Assembly: GCA_905331295.1 (NCBI GenBank) | Contig: CAJNYD010000052.1 | Span: 1-64,000, forward strand | From: Rotaria socialis | Taxonomy: Eukaryota | Direction: 5' to 3' | DNA: 64,000 nucleotides | Part shown: in pieces, positions 25,701-37,802 of the stretch | How the letters are laid out: every line of letters starts with the position of its first letter | Numbering within the stretch: position 1 is the stretch's first letter | Translations under genes and position numbers: made by a program | The notes under the pieces: model-generated | Told to the model about the DNA's origin: nothing | Seen by the model: the letters and a program-made list of their open reading frames with translations, nothing else | The model's database searches: none

Positions 25701-28138
25701 TACTTAACGCAAAGGATATTGCTCAATGGCTTGGCTGTAGTCCAAATGCAACATTTAATTTTCGACCCAGTGTTCGACCAGTTCAACTTGAATTACATAT
25801 TCAAGTAAGTTTCGTATTGCTTTCAGATTTATCAAAAGACTTTTTTCTTTAAATAATCTAGGGTTTTAATATGACACATAATGCATCGCGTTTAATCGCC
25901 ATGGCTAAACCTGTTTATCAAGCAATAAATCGTCATTCACCGAATCAATCAGTGATTGTTTTTGTTCCATCACGAAAATTATCTCGTATAACAGCCATCG
26001 ACATTTTAACATTCGCTGCTGCCGAACAAAAACAAGATCGATTTTTACATATATCAGCAGCTGAAATCGAACCATTTACAAACGAACTCGAAGATCAAAC
26101 ATTAAAGGAAACTGTTCTACGGGGTGTTGCCTATCTACATGAAGGTTTAAGTCATAAAGATCGTACTATTGTTGAAGAATTGTATACAGCTGGTGCTTTA
26201 CAAGTTTGCATTGTATCACGTAGTATGTTATGGACATTGAATCTATTTTCCTATTTGGTTATTATTATGGACACACAATATTATAATGGCCAAGATCATA
26301 CCTATGATGACTATCCTATCAATGATGTTTTACAAATGATCGGCCGCGCTAATCGTCCATTGAAAGAAGTCGATGCTAAAGTTGTGTTAATGTGTTTATC
26401 ATCGAAAAAAGATTTTTTCAAAAAATTTCTTTATGAACCATTACCTATTGAATCCCATCTTGATCATTGTTTACATGATCATTTCAATGCTGAAATTGTA
26501 ACCAAGACAATTGAAAATAAACAAGATGCTGTTGATTATTTAACATGGACATTACTCTATAGACGTATGACACAAAATCCGAACTATTATAATTTACAAG
26601 GTGTTTCACATCGGCATCTATCAGATCATCTATCAGAATTAGTTGAAAATACATTAACTGATCTTGAGCAATCAAAAGTAAGAGAAATTTATTTTGAATA
26701 AAAACCTAAGCGACACAAAAACAATTTCTTTAATTTTAGTGTATTACAATTGAGAATGAAATGGATACATCACCACTTAATCTTGGCATGATTGCTGCTT
26801 ATTATTATATTAATTATCGAACTATTGGTAAGTTTTATGTTCAATCGATATTTTTATTCTTATTTGTTGTTTTTTATCTTACAGAATTATTCAGTAAATC
26901 ATTAACGGCGAAAACCAAAATTAAAGCATTACTTGATATTGTTGCTAATGCTGCTGAATTTGAACATATTCCAATTCGACATCACGAAGAAAATATTTTG
27001 AAACAGGTTCGATACTTTGTTTTGAACACGGAGAAAATTTTATGTTGATTTCTATTCCTTTTAGCTTGCTACACGTTTACCAAATAAATTAAATAATGTT
27101 AAATTTAATGATCCACATGTTAAAGCAAATCTTTTACTTCAAGCACATTTATCACGTATTCAATTGTCAGCGGAACTTCAAAAGGATACTGATGAAATTT
27201 TAATTAAAGTAAATTTTTTTTTGTTTTCAAAAATTGTTGTTTCATTGAATTTTTTAACTTTATTTAGGCTATTCGACTTATTCAAGCATGTGTTGATGTC
27301 TTAAGTTCGAATGGCTGGTTATTACCAGCATTGGCTGCTATGGAATTGGCACAGATGGTTACTCAGGGAATGTGGAATAAAGATCCATATTTACGTCAAT
27401 TGCCACATTTTACATCAGAAATAATTCAACGATGTACAGAAAAGGTATGTGCACAGAAATTATTTTTCGCTGTCTACAGCTTGAGAAAATGTTCAATCCG
27501 ATCACGGCAGACTACAAAGAGTATTTTAGTTTTGTGATCATTTTTTTCCATCGTAAGGGCTTGAAAAGATAAGGGATATGTTCGAAATATTACTACGATG
27601 AGAAACAATAATTCATAGGAGTTCGATCTTTTTAAATTGATTTTATTTTATTTAGAAAATTGAAACCGTATTTGATTTAATGGAAATGCAAGACGAAGAT
27701 CGCGTTGAATTACTTCAATTAAGTACATCGAAATTAGCTGATGTTGCTCGATTTTGTAATCGTTATCCAAATATTGAAGTGTCCTATGATATTCCTGATA
27801 AAGATGATGTATCAACAGGCAGTATCGTTAATGTTAATGTAGCATTAGAGCGTGCCGATGAAGTATCAGGACCCGTTATAGCGCCATTGTTTCCACAGAA
27901 ACGTGAAGAAGGTTGGTGGTTAGTCATTGGAGAACTAAAAACAAATGCTTTAATATCAATCAAACGTTTAACATTACAACAAAAAGCTCAAGTTGTTCTC
28001 GATTTTAATGCACCTTCAGCTGGCACACATAATTATATTCTATATTTTATGTCGGATGCTTATATGGGATGCGATCACGAATATAAATTTTCACTTAATG
28101 TTCATAAAGGAGCTAGTAATGATGTTGAGATGAAATAA
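19730..28138 (+). CDS. SNRNP200: U5 snRNP 200 kDa Ski2-like RNA helicase (Brr2), multi-exon
   Basis: [15 protein letters not shown] start, APT|GAGKTN, DEVH, SATLPN, HHAG and MLGRAGRP motifs, a second helicase cassette, Sec63 domains and the C-terminal [11 protein letters not shown]. Confidence 0.97.
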
Positions 28139-28673
28139 TCATCGTATCTTTTTTTTTTCTTGTCCTTCTTTTTTTTGTAAGTGTCTTTGTTGTTGTTGTT
28201 GTTCTTTGATGGTGTGTACTTGTAATGAAATTACTTGAAAAGAAAGAACAAATTTGTCTCTTAATCTAGCTAACATTCTGTATATAAGAGGATACTGAAT
28301 TGGTATAATGATTTCATTCAAGTAAAATACATGGAAATACTAATTCGTTTTCTTTTTTTCTATTTGTGAAAATCTGAAGAAAAATTATGTTTATTCGAGC
28401 AACTGTTTCTTAATGATTGACTATGAGGTCAGATGCCGATCGGCACCGAATTGGTTTTTAACTTTATCATGCTAACTAACATCGTATCATTCAAGTAGCG
28501 ATTCAAAAGAATATCGAATGGAGAATTGGATCGCAGTTGTCACTACTGTTTGAGTTTAAGAAGATTTTATTCAAAACGAAAAAATAAACAAACGAGATTT
28601 GAGTAATTAGGCATTTACATGGAAAATCAAACAAAGATTAGCATGATTATTATCGGCAAAAAATCGATCATGT

Positions 28674-28913
28674 CTATTCTTTGGTACCAACCTCGGCATT
28701 GAGATGAGCTACTGGTGTTTCGTTAATTGTGAACTGATCGCCGGACAACCAGCCTTCATTTTCTGCATCTGCTTTCTTGCGTGGGTCAAAATCCGGTGAT
28801 TCTTGCTTCGGCAATTTCAGCGGCGATGATCATTTTTTCTTCTGAAAATATTTTCGAATAAATGATTTGGAAATCTGCAATAAAACAATCATACCTGAAC
28901 TTGGCGAACTCAT
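28674..28913 (-). pseudogene. Microprotein family copy 1, frameshifted
   Basis: Same two-exon structure as copy 2 (intron 28842..28894) but lacks 14 nt at 28792/28793, giving ...EARITGF-stop. Confidence 0.8.
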
Positions 28914-29859
28914 TTCGTGTTAGAGAACTAGTGTTGTTCATACCCTGTTGTACACGTAGCAAATTTGATTTTGTATTTGCTAAATCATCGATATGCATAC
29001 GCCTATATGCTAATTATTGTACTAACAAATCACTGATGAAAAATGCAATAGGAGAAGGAAAAGCTAATGTATTTTTGCGTATGTGTAACATAATTAGAAC
29101 CAGACGTCTCTTAACTGTTGCCAATCCGAGTTAGTCGACGACATCCAGTGAACAAGGGCACTTATAGCTTATTGGTTGAGAGTATTGAGTACGCTTTTGT
29201 CAGAGATGATTCTGATATTGGCATAGGCAGAGACATAACTCTTCGGATTAGATATTTTACACGATTGATTGCACATCAGAGAATGATGGAAAGCTTTAAA
29301 AATAATAGCACATATTCATACGTAAAATGACAAGACAACAATCATCAATATATGAGATATTACGAATGTTGGTCCGATCATATTTTCGCATATAAAACAC
29401 ATATAAATTTGTTCAAAGAATCAGACTAATGAAAATATGAACTAACGTTTATTCAACATGATCCTAGTGAATGTATTAGACTTTAGTCAAGTATTGATCG
29501 ATATTTGTTACCGTCCAGTCATGCACGTTCAATATATGTTAGGACAAATGAATTTTTGTTCAGAATAGTAATATCCAAGTTATATACGTATGTCACCAGA
29601 TCAATTTTTTGTTTATTTCGAACACACTAGAGTAGGAGTTTTTCCAATACTTATCAACACGATGTACATAGCCCTGAATTCTTATCAGTTGTGGAAACTA
29701 CATCAGAAAAGAATCTTCATATGGTTCTTACTACAAACAGATGGAGCCATTTGTTCCTGAAAAACAAATTATCGTTGCATAAAAATGTTGTTTCACATTG
29801 ATGTGACTTAAAATAAAAATGTATTTGTACTTATTACTCGTGAAGTAATATTTTGGAAG

Positions 29860-29938
29860 CACATTCAATTGATGCATTTTCGTTACAACGAAACTTAAGT
29901 AAAGTTTATTCCGAAGCAATAGATGCGAAATTAAAAGC
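29860..29938 (+). pseudogene. Relic fragment of a duplicated SNRNP200 exon
   Basis: CACATTCAATTGATGCATTTTCGTTACAACGAAACTTAAGTAAAGTTTATTCCGAAGCAATAGATGCGAAATTAAAAGC aligns without gaps to 21034..21112 ([26 protein letters not shown]). Confidence 0.85.
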
Positions 29939-30374
29939 GTCTTCACTCGTTATGTTTATACTGTCACTCGAATATGTATTAACGCAAAACATTTTATGTG
30001 ATAGTTTTCTATTGGTGAAAAATCTTTGATGTGGATTCGAGCAACTATCTCTTGATTGTGAACTGTTAGTTGAGATGATGATAACTATCGAACTAGTTTT
30101 GTACTTCAGAGTGCAAACTAATATCGTATTATTTGAGTATCTATTCAAAAGAACATCGAGTGGAGAATTGGATTACAGTTGTCACTGCTGTTTGAGCTAT
30201 GAACCTCTGCAACTTGAAAACAAAACAAAATATAGATCTGAATTACTCGCTCGTTTAAGAAGATTTTATTTAAAAAAGTGCAGCAAATAACAAACGAAGT
30301 GTGGGTGATTGAAATTTGCATGAAAAAACAAATGAAGATGACAACGATTATTATTCGTCAACAGCCTGTTTTAT

Positions 30375-30629
30375 TTATTCTTTGGTACCAACCTCGGCAT
30401 TGAGATGAGCTACTGGTGTTTCGCTAATTGTGAACTGATCGCCGGACAACCAGCCCTCATTTTCTGCATCTGCTTTCTTGCGTGGGTCAAAATCTGGAGT
30501 TTCTTGACCGGTAATTCTTGCTTCGGCAATTTCAGCAGCGATGATCATTTTTTCTTCTGAAAATATTTTCGAATGAAATGATTTGGAAGTCTGCAATAAA
30601 ACAATCATACCTGAACTTGGCGAACTCAT
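30375..30629 (-). CDS. Novel 66-aa microprotein, copy 2 (exons 30629..30611 and 30556..30375): MSSPSSEEKMIIAAEIAEARITGQETPDFDPRKKADAENEGWLSGDQFTISETPVAHLNAEVGTKE
   Basis: A 54-nt GT-AG phase-1 intron at the same position in all three copies. Mostly synonymous divergence from copy 3. TATATAA about 100 nt upstream (30732..30738, minus strand). Confidence 0.85.
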   Translation of the reverse strand: MSSPSSGMIVLLQTSKSFHSKIFSEEKMIIAAEIAEARITGQETPDFDPRKKADAENEGWLSGDQFTISETPVAHLNAEVGTKE

Positions 30630-32561
30630 TCTGTTATATTTCGTGTAAGAGAACTAATGTTGTTGAGAAACCTTGTTGTAAGCGTAAGCAATTTGATATT
30701 GTAGATACCAAACGATCACTATGCATTAGCTTATATACAAATGGTTGTGCTAACAAATCACTACTGAAATACGCAATAGGAGAGTGATAAAAGAACTCTT
30801 TTTCTGCGTATATACGACACCAATAGAGCAGCAGATGTTTCTATAATGCTATCGTTCTGGGTTACCAAGGGCGTTAGACGATCGAGGATCTCTATAATTT
30901 ATTAATTGTGATTGGGTTATTGAGTACGGTTTCTTTTGCTGCGGCAATACTGCATTCAAATCAGAGAACGATAGAAACCTTGAAAAATACTAGCAAATGC
31001 CTGATGTAAAAGAGCAAGATAGCAATCATCAATAGATGAATAACAAAGAAGTCGCCGAACTCATCAATAGTGTAAATGACTTTATCGAAGATGTAGAAGA
31101 TTTTACCAATATTGTTCGAATATTATTTTCAATGTGAAGAATCAGTATTTGCTTTGCATATATAAAACACAGACATGACTTCATCGTCTAAATCTTCAAT
31201 AGAGAAAGAATAAGCCTAATGACGATCAATGGAAATACGAATCAATTTTAATTGAAGAATTTTCCACTGAATCTATTAATCGTTACCCCTCATTGCATAG
31301 ATGTTCGACATACTGTGAAAACAACTAAAATTCTAGTTTTAGTGTGTAATAGAATACTAGTTTTATCCAAAATAGACTATTTTCTAAAATAAATTTATTG
31401 TCAATAGTTCTTTTGAAAGTTTATTTTACGTTGACCGTCTTTAGAAGAATATATGAGTAAATCATATCAATATGAATTTGAATGGCAATTATTAACAAAT
31501 CGAACAATTGCAACATCGATACTATTAATATGTAAGATAAAATTTGAAAAGTCTTTATCTGTCGTTTGCTATAGTATGTAATCATCATCTTTTTTAGCCT
31601 GTTTACTAAGAAAATGGATTATGTTCGACTCTATAATTCTTTATCGATATTAGCTCGTAAAATGATCTCTCCTCAACGTGTCAATATGATCTTACAGAAG
31701 ACACAGCAGAAAAGAACATCCCTAATGATATAGTTCACATTGAGAGGAACGAAATTATTGTTAAAGAAGCCCTAATTTTTGTTGCATATATAATTTCTGA
31801 CCATTCAAAACTTTTCTTTTTAAAATACAACTATTATTTAACCTCAATCAAAAACATTTGTAACACGTTATGAAAATTTGTTCAAATACTGGATACACGA
31901 ATGATTTTAGAGACGAATAGTAATTCAAGCATGAACTATCTACACTCGAACATTATTTGGAAATTTTCTTATAGTTAGAGACTAATTAGAGCTATGATCA
32001 ACAAATATTTCATTGAAGTTTACTCCGTCAAATCTAAAGTGTTATACAGCTGTTATTATTATTAAAGCATCTTTTTCTGATATGGTATACATGCGAATTA
32101 ATATGTCTTTCCTCGAAGTGGTGAACAAAAAACCAGTCCATACGATTAGCGGGAGCTTGCTCATTATTTTTCATTGAATCATATTTCAAAGCGAGTAGTA
32201 TTGATTAGTACATTCCTATCAAGTTCATATCTTTGGATGTCATACGGAAAAATTTTCTGAGTTGAAGTCCCAGTCAGATGACCTTCGAATTGGATTGTAG
32301 TGACCTTCTACAGAATTGTCATCACTGAGTCGCTTAATGACGACAGAATGATTAACAATATATGCAGTAAAATGAAAAAAATGATCGACAGCGATATTTC
32401 TGTCGTTTTGAGTCATTCCTGTTTGTGCTTATTGGTTGTAACTCTCAACACAGCGAATGTACTGACGAATTGTGTTCATCTTGTATGATATTTTGAATTA
32501 TTCATTAATGATCATTGCGAGATAAAAAAAACGATTGTTTGGTTAAGAAACGAGGTATGTT

Positions 32562-32889
32562 CAGATTTCCGAAAAAGTAAATTTCAGAAAATAACAAATT
32601 TCTGTCACACTATTAAAAGACACACAAGCGTGCCAACAGAAGTTTCCTTGAAACTTCAGAAATTGCCATTACGTGAAAAAGTAAATTCTCAGGAATTACC
32701 ATATTTTAAAATACCAACCAACAAAACATCCAGGGAATTTCTGAATTTTGATTTTGGCTTATGGTGAATAATATTGCGGTAATTACGAAAGTTTCTGATA
32801 TTTTCTACAACTTGAATTTTTCGTCCCTCTAGTTTCCGAAATATGTATATTTAGCTAGGAAATTTCCTCTTTTGGAAATCTGCCCACTG
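32562..32889. mobile_element. Degenerate MITE relic with imperfect terminal inverted repeats
   Basis: CAGATTTCCGAAAAAGTAAATTTC at about 32562 versus GAAATTTCCTCTTTTGGAAATCTGCCCACTG ending at 32889, with internal GGAAATT/AATTTC motifs. No TSD found. Confidence 0.4.
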
Positions 32890-33422
32890 CTGTAAGAAAC
32901 TAGAATTTCGATTGACCTTATTGTGTTTTTGGTAGTTAGCTTTGCATATTCAATCTACGATTGTCAACATTGGCTGTAAATTACTCATGCATAGTGTTGT
33001 AGTTAATTGTTCTGTTAACTTGTTAATAATATGCCTCATGTTAGTTGCTAGTACTATTGCATGTGCGCAATCAGCAAACATGTTCTGTTTTTTTCTACTT
33101 CTTGATGTACATAATCATATAGTCGTTATATATATATATATTTCATTATGATTGTATCGAAAGGTATTGCCGAAAGAAAAAAGAGCTAGTTGACAGAATA
33201 GTGAGTCCTGTTGCTTCACATTTCACATATTGATAGAATATATGTTCACGCATCAGAAATAATGCTTTGATAGTACATCGCAATTTCTCCTTTTGCGTTT
33301 TTGCAACAAACGCCCTCTCAACTTTTTCATCAGTCAATTTGTTTTTTTTAAGTGCCTACTTTCGCATTTTTATTATTCTAATATTTTGATCTTGCTCAGG
33401 AAGTCAATACAACCAGTGCTGT

Positions 33423-35045
33423 ATGCTGAACGAAGGAACTTCTATTCCAGTGGAATTATTGGAAGAAGCAGTCGTAGAAAATAGATCTGGTCAACATGAC
33501 CAATCTACTACCAAAATCACAGCACGACAGATTCGTACAGTTCTCGTTTCTTCGACAGGTTTCTTCATGGACGCTTATGATATCTTTGTTATTAACTTGG
33601 CTGTGCCCATGCTTTGTTATGTTTATTACATGAATCAAAATAACACGGTACCATCAGATATTCAAGGCATCGCTAAGGGTATTACCAATGTTGGTAATCT
33701 AATTGGTCAGTTGGTGTTTGGTTTTTTAGGTGATAGTAAAGGCCGTAAAAGTATTTACGGTATTGAACTTTTAATTATTATTGTGGTTACAATTGGCTCT
33801 GCAATGGCTGGATCGGCGGCAACTGGTGTCGGTACATTGGGTTTTCTTGGTTTCTGGCGTTTTTTATTGGGTATTGGAATTGGTGGTGATTACCCCATGT
33901 CAGCAACAGTCTCGAGTGAATGGTCAAGTGCAGGACGACGTGGACAAATGCTTGCGATTACTTTTTCCATGCAAGGTTGGGGCCAATTTTTCGGTGCTTT
34001 GTTCGCTATTATTCTGGTAGCTATTTTCAAGGGTCCTATTGAAGCTAATCAAATCAATATTGATTATGTCTGGCGAATTTTACTAGCTCTTGGTATTTTA
34101 CCTGCTGTATGTACACTCTATTCGCGCTTTCATCTACCAGAATCACCTCGGTATGCCGAACGAGTTCTCAAGGACCAGGAACTAACTGAAATTAGTAAAG
34201 CGTATGCACTCGGAGTAAATCCAAAAAGTTCCGCGAATCTGGTTCTAAATGAGCCAGTGATACAACCGACAAAACGTTCCGATAGTCGACATCATTTTCG
34301 AGATTTTCGAACTTACTTTTCAAAGTGGCGTAACTTGAAAGTTCTCATTGGTACTTGTTCAACTTGGTTTTTACTTGATATTGCATTCTATGGCCTTACT
34401 CTTAACCAATCAATTGTTATATCGGCTATCGGCTTTGCACCAGACACAAGTACAACATCACCATGGGAAACGTTGTGGAAACAAGCACTCGGAAATTTGA
34501 TCATTTCCCTTTTTGGTTCGATTCCTGGCTATTATGTTACTGTTTTCACTGTCGAACGTCTTGGCCGTAAGACCATTCAAATAATAGGTTTCGCCATGGA
34601 AACTATTCTATTTATTATTGTGGCTGCAGCATTTTATCCGTTGAAAGATCGATCTACAGGAGCATTTATTTTTATGTTTGTTCTCATTCAATTTTTCTTT
34701 CAATTCGGTGCTAATGCAACAACATTTATCATTCCGGCTGAAGTGTTTCCAACACGCTTTCGTGCCACGGCTCACGGTATGTCTGCAGCATGTGGGAAGT
34801 CAGGCGCTATTCTCGCAGCATTTGGTTTTAATGTATTAGTGAATCTTGGAGGCAAAAATGCATTTCTACCACAGACACTGGGCATTTTTGCTGCTATTCA
34901 ATTTGTTGGCCTTCTAGCTACCATTTTTCTATTGCCAGAATCAAAGGGCCGAGATTTAGATTCTTTTGAAGACAATGAAGCAGAATGGCGTCCAGAAAAT
35001 CGAACAGATAATGATACCATTACCGAACAAGAAGTCCAATTTTAG
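33423..35045 (+). CDS. MFS phosphate:H+ symporter (PHS family; fungal PHO84 / plant PHT1-like), 540 aa, intronless
   Basis: GFFMDAYD, the family signature GGDYPMSATVSSE, RRGQML...MQGWG, WFLLDIAFYG and ANATTFIIPAEVFPTRFRATAHGMSAACGK. About 12 hydrophobic segments. Confidence 0.95.
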   Translation: MLNEGTSIPVELLEEAVVENRSGQHDQSTTKITARQIRTVLVSSTGFFMDAYDIFVINLAVPMLCYVYYMNQNNTVPSDIQGIAKGITNVGNLIGQLVFGFLGDSKGRKSIYGIELLIIIVVTIGSAMAGSAATGVGTLGFLGFWRFLLGIGIGGDYPMSATVSSEWSSAGRRGQMLAITFSMQGWGQFFGALFAIILVAIFKGPIEANQINIDYVWRILLALGILPAVCTLYSRFHLPESPRYAERVLKDQELTEISKAYALGVNPKSSANLVLNEPVIQPTKRSDSRHHFRDFRTYFSKWRNLKVLIGTCSTWFLLDIAFYGLTLNQSIVISAIGFAPDTSTTSPWETLWKQALGNLIISLFGSIPGYYVTVFTVERLGRKTIQIIGFAMETILFIIVAAAFYPLKDRSTGAFIFMFVLIQFFFQFGANATTFIIPAEVFPTRFRATAHGMSAACGKSGAILAAFGFNVLVNLGGKNAFLPQTLGIFAAIQFVGLLATIFLLPESKGRDLDSFEDNEAEWRPENRTDNDTITEQEVQF

Positions 35046-35298
35046 GATTTTGCTTGTAATTCAATCAAATAAATTCTAATCAGTTTAACAGCAGCATGAT
35101 GGTAAAGGTGCCGGTTAGAAAAACAAATCGAATGACATATCCACACCTTCAATCTAACTAATTTGTTTCAGTTGGAGAGAGTTCTTCAGTTCTTCGATCT
35201 ATTTATTCCACGAACAATAGAACACGAGAGAAAACGAAGACAAAACTATAAAGCATGTATAACAAAAACACAAAAGATAGAGCATTCCTTCCGAGGGG

Positions 35299-37472
35299 GA
35301 ACAAGCGGACTTCGGTACTTCCGAAGTACGAAAGTACGAAAAAGTACGAAAAAGTACGAAAAAGTACGAAAAAGTACAAGAAGTACAGAAAAGCACGATG
35401 AGAGCTGTATAGGTACATGAATATGCATAGAAGTTTCTTCAAACTTATTTGAAAGAAAAAATCTAACCATAGCTATAAAACATTAAAAACGATTGCTATT
35501 ATCTTTGCGGCTTGATTGAATGACTCGAAAGAGTCGACCATTTCACAAGCAGGTGTTTTTATCAGTTAATAACCGGCAAGCTAGTGGAGGTGGAGCCATT
35601 AGGGCTGGATAGGCTCAAATTAGGATAGATAAAGGCTGAGGTAGACGCGAATCTAACATAGATTTGAGGAGATTAGATTTAGGCAAACTTCAAATAGGCA
35701 CACCAAAGGCTTGATAGGTTCGACAAAATATAAAAATTTTCTACTAATGCTTATTTTCATAGTTTTTCGACCAATGGCGTACTCTAAGATTTTCAGCGCA
35801 TATCTCAGCTACTTCTAACTTTTGTTCAATGATATATTTTTTGAATTTCATTGACATGTAATTAGATTGACGTTGAACTGTTTCTTCTTAGTATAGAACA
35901 ATTGAATTTCTTTTCCCAATATTCTATTTAAAATAGTTTTTGAATTGTATCCCTGCCACAAAAACTAGGTAAATTGTAGAGGTCAATCGCAGTTTACTCG
36001 AAAAATTGCCGACTAGTAGCTGTAATAGAGCCAGTTAATGAATCAGTAAAATCGTTGGTTTTTGTCGGTTTTCATTACATTAATAAATATTTGAAAGCGT
36101 TACTCCTTTCCTGTCGCAATACCAGATAAACAAAATCAGACTTTACCTTTCTTTCACAATAAAGCACGAAGCCCACTAGTTTTCACGAAATTTCATCCTC
36201 TAGTGTAATTCTATTAAACAATTCAAATGATAACTAAAAGCGAATCAAGGTTATGAACAGAAATACCATAGGTAAAACTAATAAAAATCTCACTATCAAC
36301 TTGATGAAGCGCTTTCACTGATTTTATTTAAAAAGATCAAGACAAGAAACTCGTTTTTAGCTACCGAACAGGCCTATTTCTTGTTAGGCTATAATTTCTA
36401 ATGCTTTTTCAATAACATTTTTCAGTTAATTGGTTATAGTTTCTGTAATTTCGGGTGGAATCATGCATTAGATACTAATCACGTTTATAAACAATCAAAA
36501 TCTAGCTAGAAAATCGACAACGATCGTCATTGTAAAAAACAAAATGCTTTTCAACTGGTTCACATTCATAAATACAAAATTAGGACTGGAATCAGATTGA
36601 AATGAATAAAGCAATTTCTTATACTAATGATGTTTTAATCAATTTTCAAACCATTTTTATCAAAAGCAACGTAAAAAATCGAAATTTCATGGATTACGAA
36701 ATTCACACTGACTATATTCGATTAAGACTTGATAAAAACTAGAGTGTAGCTGGTGCAAACTACGTTAAAACTTTTCATTGGTCATAGAGAAAAGAATTAA
36801 AGTCTAATGATAATAATCAAATTTGAATCCTGTATTTTTACATCGACAGACATAATTTTCTCAAAAAAGTGAGCCTACCCTAGATTGGAGTCATTCCGCC
36901 GTCTCCGTATCGGTGTGCTCAGGCGCTATTTAAAATAGCTATTAAAAGTGGATATCAGAGCACTAGCGTACTGTGTGATTGAAATTTTTTATCGCGATCA
37001 CGATTTTTTTAAAGTAAAATTCACGATCACGAATATTTCTATGTGATTATAAGAGGCACGAAAACGTTTTGGTCATTCGATTGCAATATTTCCCCAACGT
37101 ATTTCATTCGGTACATTCAATGTTAGTAGAAATTAACAGTCACAATCGATAGCTTTCATTTGTATTCTAGTAGAAATTCTTTGAAAACATAATAAATTTT
37201 AATAAATATTTGAGATTTTGAAACTATATGTTAAATTCGTGATCATAAAATCTTAATGTCGTTCACGATAACGATCACGAATTTTTTTTCTCAATCACGA
37301 CTACGAACACGATCACGAGCAAAAGACATTTCTTACTCACGGGCACGATAGCGCAGTACAATATATAGCAATAGTACTACCATAAAGTAAAAGCGAAAAA
37401 ATTAATTCGATACATTTTTGAAGTACCAAGAAGTACTGAAAAGTACGAAGAAGTACAGAGGTCTGCTTGTTC
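35299..37472. mobile_element. Old non-autonomous DNA transposon with AAGTACG(A) subterminal repeats, apparently carrying nested insertions
   Basis: Left end GAACAAGCGGACTTCGGTACTTC and right end GAAGTACAGAGGTCTGCTTGTTC form an imperfect inverted pair. Tandem AAAAAGTACG repeats at about 35323..35395 and AAGTAC repeats at about 37420..37456. Confidence 0.5.
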
Positions 37473-37802
37473 TCGCTTGATTCCTTCTCTCGAAACATCT
37501 ATGTCTGCATACTGAGATACCGACGATATTTCTCTTAGCTTGCGAGTGATGCATAAAAAACGAGAGAAGTAAAGCGTGCTACAGAAAGGTAAAAAAAGTA
37601 GCAAAAGTAAGACATAAAAAAGAAGTGGCATATTCTCAGGTTGTGTTTTGTTTCTTTGTAATAACCAACATTCGAGATTTCCTCTAAAACAGTCTTCAAC
37701 AATTTAACTTAAACAATATAGTCATAATAATTTGCCATCTTCCACGTTAAGTCCTAGTACTAGTTGAATGTATTGCCATATTATTTAGTTCCATCCATTT
37801 CA

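Noticed and set aside
28786..30787. ORFs 28786..28998, 28862..29134 and 30578..30787, and the 84-aa read-through of 30375..30629
   Set aside because: They are antisense or intron read-through frames of the microprotein duplicates. The 54-nt intron in copy 2 happens to be in frame, but it is 53 and 56 nt in the other copies.
31430..31780. Exon-like stretch (EEYMSKSYQYEFEWQLLTNRTIATSILLI followed by a GT...AG intron)
   Set aside because: I could not build a continuous frame or assign a family; possibly a gene relic.
35163..35470. Several short ORFs and a CRISPR-like look of the AAAAAGTACG repeats
   Set aside because: These are simple 10-bp tandem repeats without spacers in a eukaryotic transposon relic.
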